A stretch of DNA of 64,000 nucleotides from assembly GCF_006345805.1 (NCBI RefSeq), contig NC_043006.1, forward strand, positions 78,616,001 through 78,680,000. Reading direction: 5' to 3'. Source of the DNA: Octopus sinensis (taxonomy: Eukaryota). This document shows positions 50,430 through 64,000 of this stretch, one piece after another (position 1 is the first letter of the stretch; each line of letters starts with the position of its first letter). Both the position numbers and the translations under genes were made by a program. The notes beneath the pieces were generated by a model, which saw nothing but the letters and a program-made list of their open reading frames with translations, searched no databases and was not told the origin of the DNA.

Positions 50430-51010
50430 AAGTTTGACACGAAGCCAGCTAAGTCAATTACATCGACCCTAGTGCTCAACTCGTACTTATTCTTAGTTTA
50501 TCGACTCCCGAAAGGATGAAGGGCAAAGTCGAGCTCAGCGGAATTTTAAATCAGAATGTATAGACGGACGAAATACTTCTAATCATTTTGCCAGGCGTGC
50601 TAATGATTTTTATTTATTTACTGCCCACAAGGGTCTACACACAAAGGGGACGAACAAGGACACACAAACGGATTAAGTCGATTACATCGACCCCAGTGCA
50701 TAACTGGTACTTATTTAATCGACCCCGAAAGGATGAAAGGCAAAGTCAACCTCACCGGAATTTGAAGTCAGAACGTAAAGACAAACGAAATACCTATTTC
50801 TTTACTACTCACAAGGGGCTAAACACAAAGAGGACAAACGGATTAAGTCGATTATATCGACCCCAGTGCGTAACTGGTACTTATTTAATCGACCCCGAAA
50901 GGAGGAAAGGCAAAGTTGACCTCGGCGGAATTTGAACTCAGAACGTAGTGGCAGACGAAATACTGCTTAGCATTTCGCCCGGCGTGCGTTTCTGCCAGCT
51001 CGCCGCCTTA
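50430..51010 (-). mobile_element. Nin/Deu-like SINE trimer
   Basis: Canonical junction at 50794/5; a second, different junction into a SINE head at about 50610. Confidence 0.7.
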
Positions 51011-51960
51011 CAAAGTGCCTAAATATTCTCATTAGTAATATTCTCATATGCCAATTAATTTCTCGAATCACCAGCACCCATAGAGCAATTACTTATTCTT
51101 CGTCACAAGAAAATCATTACTTAGAAGTTTAAGCATTTCACAATAGAACCATGTACTTCTGATTTTGAGCTTGCTGCGCTATAGTACGGGCAGGAAGGTT
51201 ATTTTGAGAAATGGATGAGGGAATCTTTGAACCAGAATAACTAGAAGCTCTTGTAGATGATATCAGCATGAAAACGGTAAGAGACGAAGAAAGTAAAATC
51301 TACATATGAAGTACGTACAGTTTTCTATAGTGAATTTTCAGTATAAAGTGTTGGCTGGATAGCAAAGATGTCTATAAAGAAGGAGTGAGGGATTTGCGTC
51401 TCAGATAGGTCTATAAAGCGAGATTAAATGTTTCTAAGCAGTGCTTATTTCATTGACTCTGAAGCATGAAGGATCAAGTAAACACAATAGGATTAGAAAT
51501 CCAAATGTTCGAAATTGTAACTAAATACCACAAGGATATTTAGAATCAGATGATCGACTGATTGTAACACTCCATCCCACTAAATCCAATCCAATCTTTC
51601 AAAACGACGAAAACTTGTAAAATCTTGTTTCATGCTTGTGTTCGACATCAACTTTACTAGACACAACACACACATAAAAAGTAGAAAATGAAACATTAAC
51701 CTTTGTTTAAGTGTGAATCTGTTTCAGCGCGGCATTTGCAACATCTTCCGCCACCGGTACCCTTAGATACTTTTTTCTCTGTATTTAATATTCTTTGTTT
51801 CTAGAATAGTAATTAAATAGAATATTTTTTCTTGTTCTTTTTTTATATAGACTTTTTCTTCATCTAGACTTTTTTATAGATAACAAATATAACTATTAAA
51901 TGTTTAATATTTTTATCAACTTCTGTAATTAAATGGATGAGTAACTATTACAACTGTGGG

Positions 51961-52288
51961 GAGACCCCCTTCGGTCATGAATGACCATAGGATTGCACCT
52001 AGAAAGTTACCCTCCGAGGTACAAGTCCGGGCAAGATTGTTTATGGAAGGCCAGCAGTCGCCCATGCATACCAGCCTCCCCTCTCTACACCACTGATGTT
52101 ATCCAAGGGAAAGGCCGATACAGCTTGGTACCAACGATGTCACAACTCATTTCTACAGCTGAGTTAACTGGAGCAACGTGAAATAAAGTGTCTTACTCAA
52201 GAACACAACACGCAGCACGGTCCAGGATTCGAGCTCACAACCTCACGATTGTAAGCTCGACGCTCTAACCACTGATCCATGCGCCTTC
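51961..52288 (-). mobile_element. CORE-type SINE, tail variant A
   Basis: Homologous to 3841-4159. Confidence 0.75.
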
Positions 52289-52943
52289 ACAACTATTACA
52301 ACTACTAAAAGTTAAATAGTTAACATTAGTTACACATTTTTAGAAAACTCTAGAATTAACTAGAAGAATAACTATTATAACTATTACAAGTTAAACATTT
52401 AATTAATGATTAAATCTAGAATATTTTAATCTGCTGCAATAAAATGAATAACTATCATAACTTCAAGAAGTTAAATATTTAATTAATAATTAAATATAAA
52501 AATATTTTCATTTTCTTCTGTAATTAACTACGCAAATAACTTTTATAACTATTACATGCTAAATATTAATAACTTTTATATTAATAATAGTTAAGTTTTT
52601 GTATGGAGATGTCTGAGAGTGATTATCGTAGATGTTGGAAAGATGTTTATTAGAATAATACAAGACGATGGACTCTTCTGTCTATTTTGCCCATTGAGTC
52701 ACCAGCTGTTTGATCGCTCAGTACTTTTTAATTGCGTACATATTAATTAACTTTTACAAGGAAAAGTTTGACTGTGAACTCGAAGTTTTTTTCAGACCTG
52801 TTTGATAAAGATCAGCCAGCTGAAGCTTTATAGAGTCCGTTAACCTTTACCCTTTGAACGTTTACTTATATACATACTTATACACACACAACACACACAC
52901 ACATACATACATACATACATACATACATACATACATACATACA

Positions 52944-52976
<33 letters not shown>

Positions 52977-53004
52977 GTGTGTGTGCATGTATGCATATAT
53001 ATAA

Positions 53005-53037
<33 letters not shown>

Positions 53038-53472
53038 CAGATAAGAGAAAAAAATCTATCAGAAAGGAACTCTATCTCTCTTTAAAAAATATCTTTTGAT
53101 AAGCATAACAAATGCGCAACCGGTAAAAATAACTTTCACCTAATTAAATACACTCTCCCTTACTTAAATTATTTTGTCAGCATTTTGTTCATTTCCTTTT
53201 CATATATATATATAAGAGATAATGGTGTCATTGAGACCCAAAGGTGTCAGGTGATGCTGAATAAGTGCTATAGAAAGACCATAGTTAAGTTCCAGATTCG
53301 GTAATATTGCGAATAAAGGGTTCAACGTTGGTTCTATCTCAGCGTGTGTGTATAAGAATTTTTTGCGTAATAAGATAAAAAAACCAAAGCTGTATAGATA
53401 TTAGAGCATTTATAGATAGGTCTTACAGCTGTTTCTAGGATACTAATTAATAATATCCCTTCATCGGAGACG

Positions 53473-53513
<41 letters not shown>

Positions 53514-53703
53514 AGAAATATTAAAATTACTAAGTCTCTCTAAAGGAGATTACGGCAGCGTTACTGGAAATTAATAGTTATCGCCATACTTATATGGCAG
53601 CCTTATAAATATAAGACTAAAGCTGTCGCTGATTAGCTCCAAGAGGCCACCGCCTCAAGCTAGCTATTTGACACACAACCTGCGTCCATTATATATATAT
53701 ATT

Positions 53704-53879
53704 CAAGGGGTGCTAAAAAGTTCCCAAATTTCTGTATTCTTTTACAGGGCTTAGAAAAACTGAAGGACAACAGTCATAAGTGTATGAATCGGAGAGACGA
53801 ATATGTTGAATAAAATTATAATTAATAGGTCTTCATGTATTTTTTTTATTCAAAGCCAGGAACTTTTTAGCAGTCCTGA
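53704..53879. mobile_element. mariner-derived MITE
   Basis: TIRs aggggtgctaaaaagttcc / ggaactttttagcagtcct; the internal agaaaaactgaaggac is shared with 37833-38045. Confidence 0.6.
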
Positions 53880-53957
53880 ATTCCCAACGGGGTGGTCATC
53901 TTGGTGAATACATTCTAAATCGGACAAATATTACATTTACTGTGTATGTGTGTGTGT

Positions 53958-54024
<67 letters not shown>

Positions 54025-54117
54025 TGTGTGTGTGTGTGAGTGAGTATGCATGTGTACATATAATGTATATACATGAATGTATACAAAAATCACTCTTGCA
54101 ACAGATGTTATATTTAC

Positions 54118-56404
54118 CAGATATTTGTTTTTCGCTTGCAATATATTCTCTCTTTTGGTGTTCGCTTCTGTTTTCTCGCCACTCTTTTTCAGCCTCGTCT
54201 TTTGAGTAGAATTTTGAGGAATATTTCTTTTAAACAGTTTAGTCTTCGATGCCTGAACACATGGAGCTGTGCTATTACTTTTAACTGATTCATTGGATGA
54301 TCTGAAAGAAGCTGGGCTAGGTTTCATTACATCACTCATCGAGTGACATGACATTCTACTTGTTATCTTTGTTGAAATATTTGGCTTGTAAATATTAAAT
54401 CTAACAGACTGGTCCTTAGTATCTTTCCCGTTGATATTTTTTAAATGTTTTTTACTTGATATGTAACTCATTGATCTAACACTGCTCCTACTGGAAATAC
54501 TTGACTTAGAGTAACTCAATTTCAAAGGAACTTCACGTCTTTTATTCTCCTGTTTCTCATTAATTTGTTTGTTTAGATCTATGCTTGCCTCACTTACTAA
54601 TGTATCCGAGACGTTATCAGTAACTTGTTTATAAGCATTTTTATAGCCACTAACTTCTTCAAGAATTGTTTTCACAACATCGGCTATTTCACGAATTTTC
54701 TCGAAAGCGTCTTCTTTGTGAAGAAGCATTTCGAAACAACCGACTTCTTTGACAAAAATTTCAAAAGCCCCGGCCACGTCATGGATTTTATCAAAAGCAT
54801 CAGTTTCGTTAAGAATGTTTTCAAAAACATTGGTTTCATCCGGCAATTTTTCCAATGCAATAATTTCATCGCGAAGGTTTTTGAAGGCACAGGATACTTC
54901 CTGAAATTTTTCGGCAATACTCTCTTCGTCGGAGACGTTATAGAAAGGTTTAGCTTCACCAGAAATTGCTTGAAGGTCACGATCTTCTCCAGGAATATTT
55001 TTCAAAATACTAGCCGGCTCGGAAATTGTATGGAAAACGCCAATTTCTTTAGAAACTTGTTCCACGGCATGAGATTCTTCAAAGTCATGTTCTAAAATGC
55101 CAGCTTCTTCATGCTTGTGTTTTAAAGAGTTTGTTTCATCAGGAATTCTTTGAAAAATACTAACTTCTTTACTCAAATTTTCGAAAGATAACTTTTCTCT
55201 TGAAAAATCTGAAAATGTTCTACTGAGTTTTTCTATAGATGAAGAAACTGAAACGCCTTGAAAGTATTCTGGTTCGCTCTTGTTTTGATTCATTGACAAA
55301 GGGTAAACAAACTGAAAACAAGTTTCACTCCTCTGTCTCATTGTCGGAACAAAGTTGTTAACATTCTCGCTCAAAACGTTTGATTGAGAGAAACTGAATT
55401 GCGGAAGGGGTTCGTATATATTTTGTGAACCATTCGCTTTAACATATTCTTGAGAAATTTGAATAACCTCCCTGTAATCACTGCAGTCAGAGTTTGGTGT
55501 TGAAAGCAATCGCCTACCACCAGTTATTTGCCCGTCTTTCGTGTTTTGACTTGCAACTAACGGTGCAGAGATATTTTCGTTCACTTCCTGAATGGCTTCG
55601 TTATGTTTTCCTACTCGATTTGTTTTTCTTTTATTATTTGGAACACTCAATTCATTTATAATATTTTCTGTTGGCAAAGTAATACTTGATGCGATAGAAG
55701 TAGTTTCTTCACCGTTAGCGTTGTTACTGGTCGACGTAGATTTTGGCGAATTATCTGAAGTACTAGCCATCGGAGAAGAATCTGTTTTGGATTTTGTAGA
55801 AGTTGATTTTCCACTTTTTTCCTCGCTGGATTTTAATTCATAACTTTGTACTTGATAATGAGTGCGGAGTCGATAGGCTTTTTTCTTAGTTAAATCGTCG
55901 AGATTTAACTTTGCTTTATACAATTTTTGAGGTGTGTTTTCATACGAACCTCCTCTATTCTGGATATCTACGTCCTTGATATTTATGTGATATTTATTAA
56001 CTTCCGGAAAACATTCTTTATATGATACTTTATGTGCAGTTGTATTTACAGGCTTATTTTCTTCACTAGTTTCTGGATCTTTAATAGATCGCTTTATCAT
56101 CGGGTCACTCATATTCCTCCATTCCCTATAACTTCGGGTTTTGGTTGTTAACCCTGAGATATACAAGTTTGCATTGGCTATGTAACTTTTACATTCAAGT
56201 GTTTGTAGTTTCTCATTTAGTAAATTTCGGATTCGGTTTTTCTTCCAACCATGTATGTAAGTTTTCCATGTTGGAATTACTGTGTGGTTTAGAAAATGGG
56301 AAATCCAAGGAATGTACGGTGGATTATCAATAGCTTTTCTAAACGCATTGCGGTAGGATCGACAATTATCTTCGAAGAAAACTGATGAAAGTTTCTGAAA
56401 CGAA
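54118..56404 (-). CDS. RasGEF paralog 1, large exon (2287 bp): end of CDC25-like domain + low-complexity region + decapeptide repeats
   Basis: Acceptor gtctaacag|T at 56404, phase-compatible with the 58543 donor (CA|T = His). FQKLSSVFFEDNCRSYRNAFRKAIDNPPYIPW resembles the CDC25 'L..L.s...N...YR..l....PP.IPF' segment. Probable donor CTG|gtaaat at 54118; the ORF-track extension into (CA)n is intronic. Confidence 0.8.
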
Positions 56405-56644
56405 CTGTTAGACATACAAGAATTATTAAACATACAGAGTGAGGAACATATCTTCGAAGCATATATAGCGTAGGAATATGTATCGAACGATTAGCCCTTG
56501 CAGGTTTACCCATTTGCAGCTGAGTGGACTGGGGCAACGTGAAATAAAGTCTTTTGCTTAAAAACACAACGTGTCGCCCAGTCAGGGAATCGAACCCACA
56601 ACCTAGCAATAATGAGTGTAACACACCTAAAGACCAGGCAACGT

Positions 56645-56719
<75 letters not shown>

Positions 56720-56838
56720 CTCTCTATATATATAAATACACACACACACACACATACATACATACATACATACATACATACATACATACATACATACATA
56801 CATACATACATACATACATACATACATACATACATACA

Positions 56839-56869
<31 letters not shown>

Positions 56870-58449
56870 GAGCAAATGTCTTCTACTATAGCCTCGAGCC
56901 GACCATAGCTTTGTGAATGGATTTGGTGGACGGAAACTGAAAGAAGGCCGTCGTATATATATGTTTGTGAGTCTGTGTTTGGGGCCCCCAACATCGCTTG
57001 ACAACTGATTCTGGTATGTTTAGATCCATGTAACTTAGCGATAGAATAAGTACTACGCTTACAAAAATGAAATAAAATATTAACTTTAACGAATAAATGG
57101 CACTAATTTGCCATCAATCAACTCTGCGAATATTTTCTCAGCAAAATTAAATTGACAGTAGAAAACGACAAATTGAACATGAAAATTTTGATATATTTAG
57201 TTTCCTTCTAACTGCCATGAAAAAGGGAAAAACCACAAACGAACAAATGAAATGATGCTGCTGTATGCCATGTGCCACACACTAATCCCATTCAAGTGTT
57301 GTGTATGTTTCTAAGGTGGATACTTTAGTCTAGGTGTCGTAGGTACCTACGCTGAAATTTTTCAAATTATCTTACATCGTATCCAATAGATTTTTGCCAG
57401 ATATCATCTTAATATTAACTTCATATCCCTGGAGATCCCTCTGGTTTCGAAGTTTTAACAAATAGACTATCTTTGACACTCAGTAATAATCGAATCACAA
57501 CTGAAATGACATACATATTACTTCAATGTTTCAATTGCTTAACCTAAGAAAGAAAATGCCATTGCTCTTATCTGTATATACTGGTTGTGACAAAGTCACA
57601 TGACTTGTTCAAAGTCTTAGAGGGATGTAGTAATGATGCCGCTGACGCCTAGTCTGAACATGTGCAACACAAAAGTATACTGGTATGGAAAGCGAGGTAT
57701 GGTCAGATTGCTTAAGGCTATTGGTACCGTTAACCTGAGATTAATGTGAGACCTATCAGTCAAACATGTTATATATGATATGCTAAGCTGTTTTAATCCT
57801 ACAGATATTACCGAAATTTTAACATCGTATTGAACTTTCTCTCACTTTTAATACTAAGCGATTGAGATTCACCTTTTAACTAATTAAAAACATCCATCTA
57901 CAGCAGGATTTTCATCCTGGTTTCTCAGTCGAATAAAATATTTGTTGAATAGAACATGTTCCTGGTGTTTATATTAAACGAAATATGACTCACAAGTATT
58001 TGAGTTAACGCTGAACGGAAGGGAAACCGGGAACTGCTCAGAAGGTAAAAAAATGATTCGGTGATGATGGACCTTCCACCCACATCAATGCGGAGATATC
58101 TGTTAATCTCGGGAGACTCTGAACCTACGTCTGTAAACCTTATTTTGGTTAGTAGAGGTGCATCTGCTGTGATTGTAGATACCACCTAAATGTATATTAT
58201 ATAGGATATGCTACGCTATTTTAAACTCGCAAATTTTAGGAAAATTTTAACACTCTATTTAATTTTGTTCCAGTTTTAATGATGTTAAACGGCTGAATGA
58301 AATAATTATTGAACAGAACATTTTTCGACTGGTTTTACTATCGGGTAGTATCTATTTTTAAAGAAATATGGCTCCAATTATTTGAGATAACGGAGATTAG
58401 GAGGGAATCTGAAATTTGGTGAGAATACTTGAAACAGTATAAACCCTGC

Positions 58450-58507
<58 letters not shown>

Positions 58508-58542
58508 TGGTGTATATGGTTAGCAACAGTAAAAATACGTAC

Positions 58543-58676
58543 TGATATGTGAAGGGATATTTCATCTTGAACCAGTCCCATGCTTTCTTCACGTTATAAA
58601 TTGCTGGGGAGTGAAAAGCACAAAGTATGTTGGCTGTCGTATTGAAGTTTTGTATCTTCCAACAAACAATGGCAAC
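58543..58676 (-). CDS. RasGEF paralog 1, internal exon (134 bp)
   Basis: ttatttgaag|GTT GCC...TAT CA|gtacgt; VAIVCWKIQNFNTTANILCAFHSPAIYNVKKAWDWFKMKY matches the CDC25 'A..C..l.NFN....I...L....i.rLkkTW' motif. Confidence 0.85.
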
Positions 58677-58753
58677 CTTCAAATAAAACAAAAAAATCAG
58701 AATGTTACTAACAGCATACATAACTGATGGTTACGCTACTCTCTAGATTTAGG

Positions 58754-58861
<108 letters not shown>

Positions 58862-58901
58862 TATACATATATATATACACATATATATATATATATATAT
58901 C

Positions 58902-59258
58902 ATAAAATGAAAAAATAGAGAGGTAATTGATAAATTATTGCTTATTAATTTTAAAAATTGAAAAACATCCCTTACAGCTGTTTCAATTCCAGACCTTCAG
59001 AAAATTAGTTAATTAAATTTAAAATAATTTGGAAGTCAAATCTCGTCGGAGGTAGTTTAAAATATACAAAATAGGTGTTCAATTCCTGCATGTTGAGAAA
59101 ACTACATCTGACGAGATTCAACTTCCAAATAATTTTTTTATTTTTATTAATTAATTTTCTGAAGGTCTGGAATTGAAACAGTTGTAAGGGATGTTTATCA
59201 ATTTTTAAAAATAAATAAACAATAATTTATTAATTACCTCTCAATTTTCTCATCTTAT
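58902..59258. repeat. Foldback element / long inverted repeat (~157-bp arms, ~40-bp spacer)
   Basis: Arms 58902-59058 and 59099-59258 are reverse complements with few mismatches (e.g. cttacagctgtttcaattccagaccttcagaaaatt / aattttctgaaggtctggaattgaaacagttgtaag). Confidence 0.85.
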
Positions 59259-59406
59259 AATAACAAATAAATATATATAAACCACGGTTTATATAGTTAC
59301 CTTGCAGTTGAGTATTAACTGTAATATTCAACATTCTTTGTATAAGTAACTAACCAGTACATTCATAAGATTTTGCTATCTCTGAATGAGGTTTGTAACC
59401 TCTATT

Positions 59407-59550
<144 letters not shown>

Positions 59551-61460
59551 TATATACAGGCAGCTCACCGCGGATACACGCACAGATCGAGCAAGTGTGA
59601 AAGTGAATGACAGACAGGCAGGCAGAAACGGATACCTTCTGCTTTGTGTTCCATCTCCTAAGTGTATACAACAACAAAATCTCAAAGAATATCCTAGTCG
59701 TCTTCCAAATGTCAACTACGCCCGTTACAAATTAAATATTTAAACTATATCATCCGAACAATTAAAAAATAAATCTTCGAAAATCAACTGGAACTCTGAA
59801 ACATTCGATCAGCTGCTGTCTTATAAACATCTGATCACATTAAGAGAATTGAGACTATCGAAGATGCTTCCACTTTCGTGTGACATCGATTTTCTCTCGA
59901 AATAACAACTCTTTCTTTGAGTTAAAGTTGTAGAATTACATATCGCAGAGAGGTTTACATTTTGTTGGAGAGAGCAGCAACAACGATCGCTCAGCCGATG
60001 TGTATTTTGTTTGCGTGTAGTTCTGATATGGATTCTTACATTCATAACTCTATGAAGGTAGACGTGAAACAACAAAAGAAAGCTCGTGTTTCAAATGGCT
60101 CAGTCCATCATATTGTAAAAGGATACCACACAATGAGAACAATTCCTTTCTTTAAACAGAAAGCAGTAGAGTAAAATGTACCTTTAGGTAGTGATTTCTA
60201 TTATTTTACGCTTATAAATTGACAAATAGGCCTTCATAAGGTTACAATGCTGCTTGCTCTTACGACTAAAATGAATTATAAGACCCTGCATCACGAATAT
60301 GATCAGACAATTTCTGTCGAAATATCAAAATATCAAAATATTTTCAATGTTATTGCATTTTTACAAGACATATTCGTACTATCTAGTTTAATTGTTTCTC
60401 CTGTATTTCCTAGCATCTAAGTGAATCATGTAATACAAATACTGATTTCAAGTTTTGGCACAAGGCCAGCAATTTTGAGGGAGGGGATAAGCCGATTAGA
60501 TCGACCCCAGTGCTCAACTGGTACTTATTTTATCGACTCTGAAAAGATGAAAGGCAAAGTCGACCTCAGTGGAAGAATGATTCGAAGCTTAGTCATTCTG
60601 ACACTAACTCATCGGCATGTCATGAGTTGTGACAAATTATTTGGACCAACTTTGTTAATTAGGCCAAACACTCAAAAGTATATGTCTGCAAAACTGAGGT
60701 TCATGAGATAAATATTTAAAAAACAATAGACAGTCATTAACTAATAGTTCCTTTCTGCACTGGTTTCTCTTGATATCACCGGTGACTTCGGTTCCTACTC
60801 TGTCGCTCACATCTATGAAATTTGGACGAGGGTGTGTCGCACCTGTAAAAGGCGCTCCATGACGTAGGGTGGCTAATGCAGCGGATATCACCTGCTTTTC
60901 TTCATGGCGACGTCTCGGTAATTTTGTTCGCTGGGTGTACGAGTTGAGACTGTTCTATAGAGGGTGTGTAAATTTTGTTTTCTCTTATTCATTTTGTTAT
61001 ACTTGGGGATGGCCATATTTTGCCAATTAAACACGATCTCTATATGTTTGTTATTTACTTCAAATTTATTATTATTATTAGTTTCTTTGTTAAAACTCGT
61101 TCAACTCACATCCTGTGACGTCTTCGGCGACTCTTTATCCCAATAAGCAAAAAAAGAGGAGCCACTTGGGATAAAGAGTCGTTGAAGTGGTCACAGGGAT
61201 GTGTTACGAAAGCTTTCACAAGGAAACAAAACTATAATAATAGAGCTGAACATATGTGTGTTTAAATGGCAAAAAATTACCATCCCCGAATATAACAATA
61301 TCTGTTTCGACACACTATTTCACATCAGATGTCTTACAAAGCAAATACGTAAACGGTTTTTCTTTCATTTTCTCCTTTCTTTCTCTTTTTGTTTCCTTTG
61401 CTTTGTGCGTGCAATTTTTTTTTATTTTGAATTGTATTTTCTGTTTTAAGATATCATACA

Positions 61461-61798
61461 TACTCTTTTACTCTTTTACTTGTTTGTCATTTCACTGCGG
61501 CCATGCTGGAGCACCACCTTTAGTCGAGCAAATCGACCCCAGGACTTATTCTTTGTAAGCCTAGTACTTATTCTATCGGGCTCTTTTGCTGAACCGCTAA
61601 GTTATGGGGACCTAAACACACCAGCATCGGTTGTCAAGCGATGTTGGGGGGGACAAACACAGACGTATACACACACACACAGACACACACACAAATATAT
61701 ATATACGACGGGCTTTTTTCAGTTTCCGTCTACCAAGTCCACTCACAAGGCTTTGGTCGGCCCGAAGCTATAGTAGAAGACACTTGCCCAAGGTGCCC
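61461..61798 (-). mobile_element. Meta-domain-like SINE, head truncated
   Basis: Core and tail as in the other copies. Confidence 0.75.
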
Positions 61799-62324
61799 GA
61801 AGGAATATTCTAAGAATTTGCTAATATTTTCATAAATAAATATACTTGATATATTCAATTGTGTGCCTGGGGAAATGAAGCCCTTGTATGTCCGTAACGA
61901 CACTAATTAACTAAAACTCAGCTAATAAAAATATATTGCTTTGCAACAATTAGGCCATTGATCCCAAATTTTCAAACTTACAGCCAAAAATGTCTCACTT
62001 AAAGTTTAGCACCGATATTAAATTGGAAACTATTAATTAAAAGTAAATCCCCGGTGGAAAGAATACAAAACATCCTTCCTATGTTCTATTTAAAGTTAAT
62101 TTTTGGTTCATAGAACTCGTACCTGCGTTTTTAGGGAAGTCCAGCACATTGCTCAACTATGATATGCACTTCAGAAGTGCACGTAGTAGCTGATAGATAG
62201 AGCTGATTATTGTTAGACGGGGTTAAAATAACATGCACTTTATGCATAAATTTGTATGTGTGTGTTTAGAACAAAAGCAAAGATCACAGCAGTATTTCAA
62301 AATTTCATTATCTATATAAGTTCT

Positions 62325-62730
62325 AAGGCGGTGAGATGGCAGAATCGTTAGCACGCCGAGTGAAACGGTTAGCGGTATTTCGTCTGCCGTTACGTTCTGA
62401 GTTCAAGTTCCGCCGAGGTCGACTTTGCCTTTCATTCTTTCGGTGTCGATAAATTAAGTACCAGTTACGCACTGGGGTCGATGTAATCGACTTAATCCGT
62501 TTGTCTGTCCTTGTTTGTCCCCTCTGTGTTTAGCCCCTTGTGGATAGTAAAGAAATAGGTATTTCATCAGTGTTTACGTTCTGAGTGCAAATTCCGCCGA
62601 GGTCAACTTTGCCTTTCATCCTTTCGAGGTCGATTAAATAAGTACCAGTTACGCACTGGGGTCGATATAATCGACTAGGCCCCTTCTCCCAAAATTTTCA
62701 AGGCCATGTGCCTAGAGTAGAAATAATCAT
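62325..62730 (+). mobile_element. Nin/Deu-like SINE dimer: head-body-tail1-body-tail2
   Basis: Junction gaaata|ggtatttc at 62557/8. Confidence 0.8.
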
Positions 62731-62753
62731 CTATGTATTTTGTATATAAGTTT

Positions 62754-63125
62754 GACTGTGTGGTAAGAAGCTTACTTCCCAACCACATGGTTCTGCGTTC
62801 AGTCCCACTGGGTGACAACTTAGGCAAGTCTCTTCTACTTTATCCTTGGACCGACCAAAGCTTTGTGAGTGGATTAGGTAAAAGGAAACTGAAAGAAACC
62901 TGTCGCATATATTATATACATATATCAAAATGTGTGTCATTGTATCTGTGCTTGTCCCCCTCCACTGCTTGACAACCGGTGTTGATGGGTTTACGTCCCC
63001 GTAACTTAGTGGTTCGGAAAAAGCACCCGGTAGAATAAGTACTAGGCATAAAAAATTAAGTCTTAGGGTCGATTTACTCGACTAAAACCCTTCAAGAGTT
63101 TTAGTCATGTCCCAGCATGCCCCAG
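62754..63125 (+). mobile_element. Meta-domain-like SINE, diverged
   Basis: Head gactgtgtggtaagaagcttac, followed by the core and tail. Confidence 0.7.
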
Positions 63126-63159
63126 GATGTCTATAGTCAAATACCTGAAAGGAGTAAAA

Positions 63160-63840
63160 GATATAAGTTATGTGTGTGTGAATGTGTGTGTGTGTATGTA
63201 TGTATGTATTTGTGCATGTATGTATGTGTGTATGTGTGTATATATATATATGTACATATGTGTATGTGTGTATGTGCGTATGTAGGTATGTATGTATGTG
63301 TGTGTGTATGTATGTGTATATGTTGGTATGTATGTATACATACATGTATGTATGTATGTATGTATGTATGTATGTATGTATGTATGTATGTATGTATGTA
63401 TGTGTGTGTGTATGAGTATATGTATGTATGAATGTATGTAGGTATGAATATATTTATGAATGTATGTATATATCTATGTATGAATGTATATATCTATGTA
63501 TGAATGTATGTATGTATATATGCATTCATGTATGTATGAATGTATGTATGTATGTTTGGATCGATGGATGGATGGATGTATGCATGTATGTATATATGAA
63601 TATATGTATGTACGAATGTATGTATGTATAAATATATATGTATGTGCGAATGTATGTATGTATGTATGTATGTATGCTTCCATGTATGTATGTATGTATG
63701 TATGTATGTATGTATGTATGTATATATGTATGTATGTATGTATGCATCCATGTATGTATGTATGTATGTATGTATGTATGTATGTATGTATGTATGTGTG
63801 TATGTATGTATGTATGTATGTATGTATGTATGTATGTATA
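63160..63840. repeat. Degenerate (TATG)n/(TG)n microsatellite tract
   Basis: Direct inspection. Confidence 0.95.
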
Positions 63841-63875
63841 AGTGTGAGCGAGATAAACACTTCCTTAGATTTTAC

Positions 63876-64000
63876 CTTCATGAAATAGCGCATGGCTTGC
63901 AATCTATCGAGCATATCTTTTTGAGTGACCACTTCTGCAACAACCATATTCCTCATTTGTTCTGAGAACGTCATCCATATTACCAAACTGTTATTTGCAT
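63876..64000 (-). CDS. RasGEF paralog 1, exon (5' end probably just beyond the window)
   Basis: ANNSLVIWMTFSEQMRNMVVAEVVTQKDMLDRLQAMRYFMK|gtaaaa; the phase-0 donor joins the phase-0 acceptor at 58676. Corresponds to the CDC25 'FN..s.wV.teIl......eR..vi..Fi' helix. Confidence 0.8.

Noticed and set aside
53896-54117. C-terminal HT-repeat tail of the 845-aa ORF
   Set aside because: Read-through into an intronic (CA)n beyond the probable donor at 54118/54117.
57925-58185. 86-aa ORF inside a RasGEF intron (similarly 60655-60891)
   Set aside because: The flanking GEF exons join in frame without them, and they show no domain similarity.

Overview
AT-rich, microsatellite-dense eukaryotic DNA. It is most likely an octopus (cephalopod) genome, inferred from the SINE repertoire and the (TA)n/(CA)n/(TATG)n load. 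Host genes all lie on the minus strand. There are two paralogous, highly diverged RasGEF (CDC25-like) gene segments with matching exon architecture: exons at 63876->64000, 58543-58676 and 54118-56404, and a second set at 8844-8967 and 8158-8286 that the ORF track misses. A 432-aa ORF with two tandem PH-like domains lies between them. The rest is mobile DNA: Helitrons, a Tc1 element, mariner remnants and MITEs, R4-type and Penelope RT remnants, and three SINE superfamily types. The most striking system is a family of gag/ORF1-like zinc-knuckle sequences, present four times. One copy (1123-3149) is a complete 2.0-kb ORF1-only retroelement with an intact 525-aa ORF, no RT or endonuclease and a perfect 16-bp target-site duplication. 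Its 3' tail is shared with the commonest SINE here, and it is inserted in the 5' leader of a second, diverged family member whose intact ORF (974 to the window edge) is absent from the ORF track. Family assignments come from motif recognition by eye, with no database searches. Most repeat boundaries are approximate.
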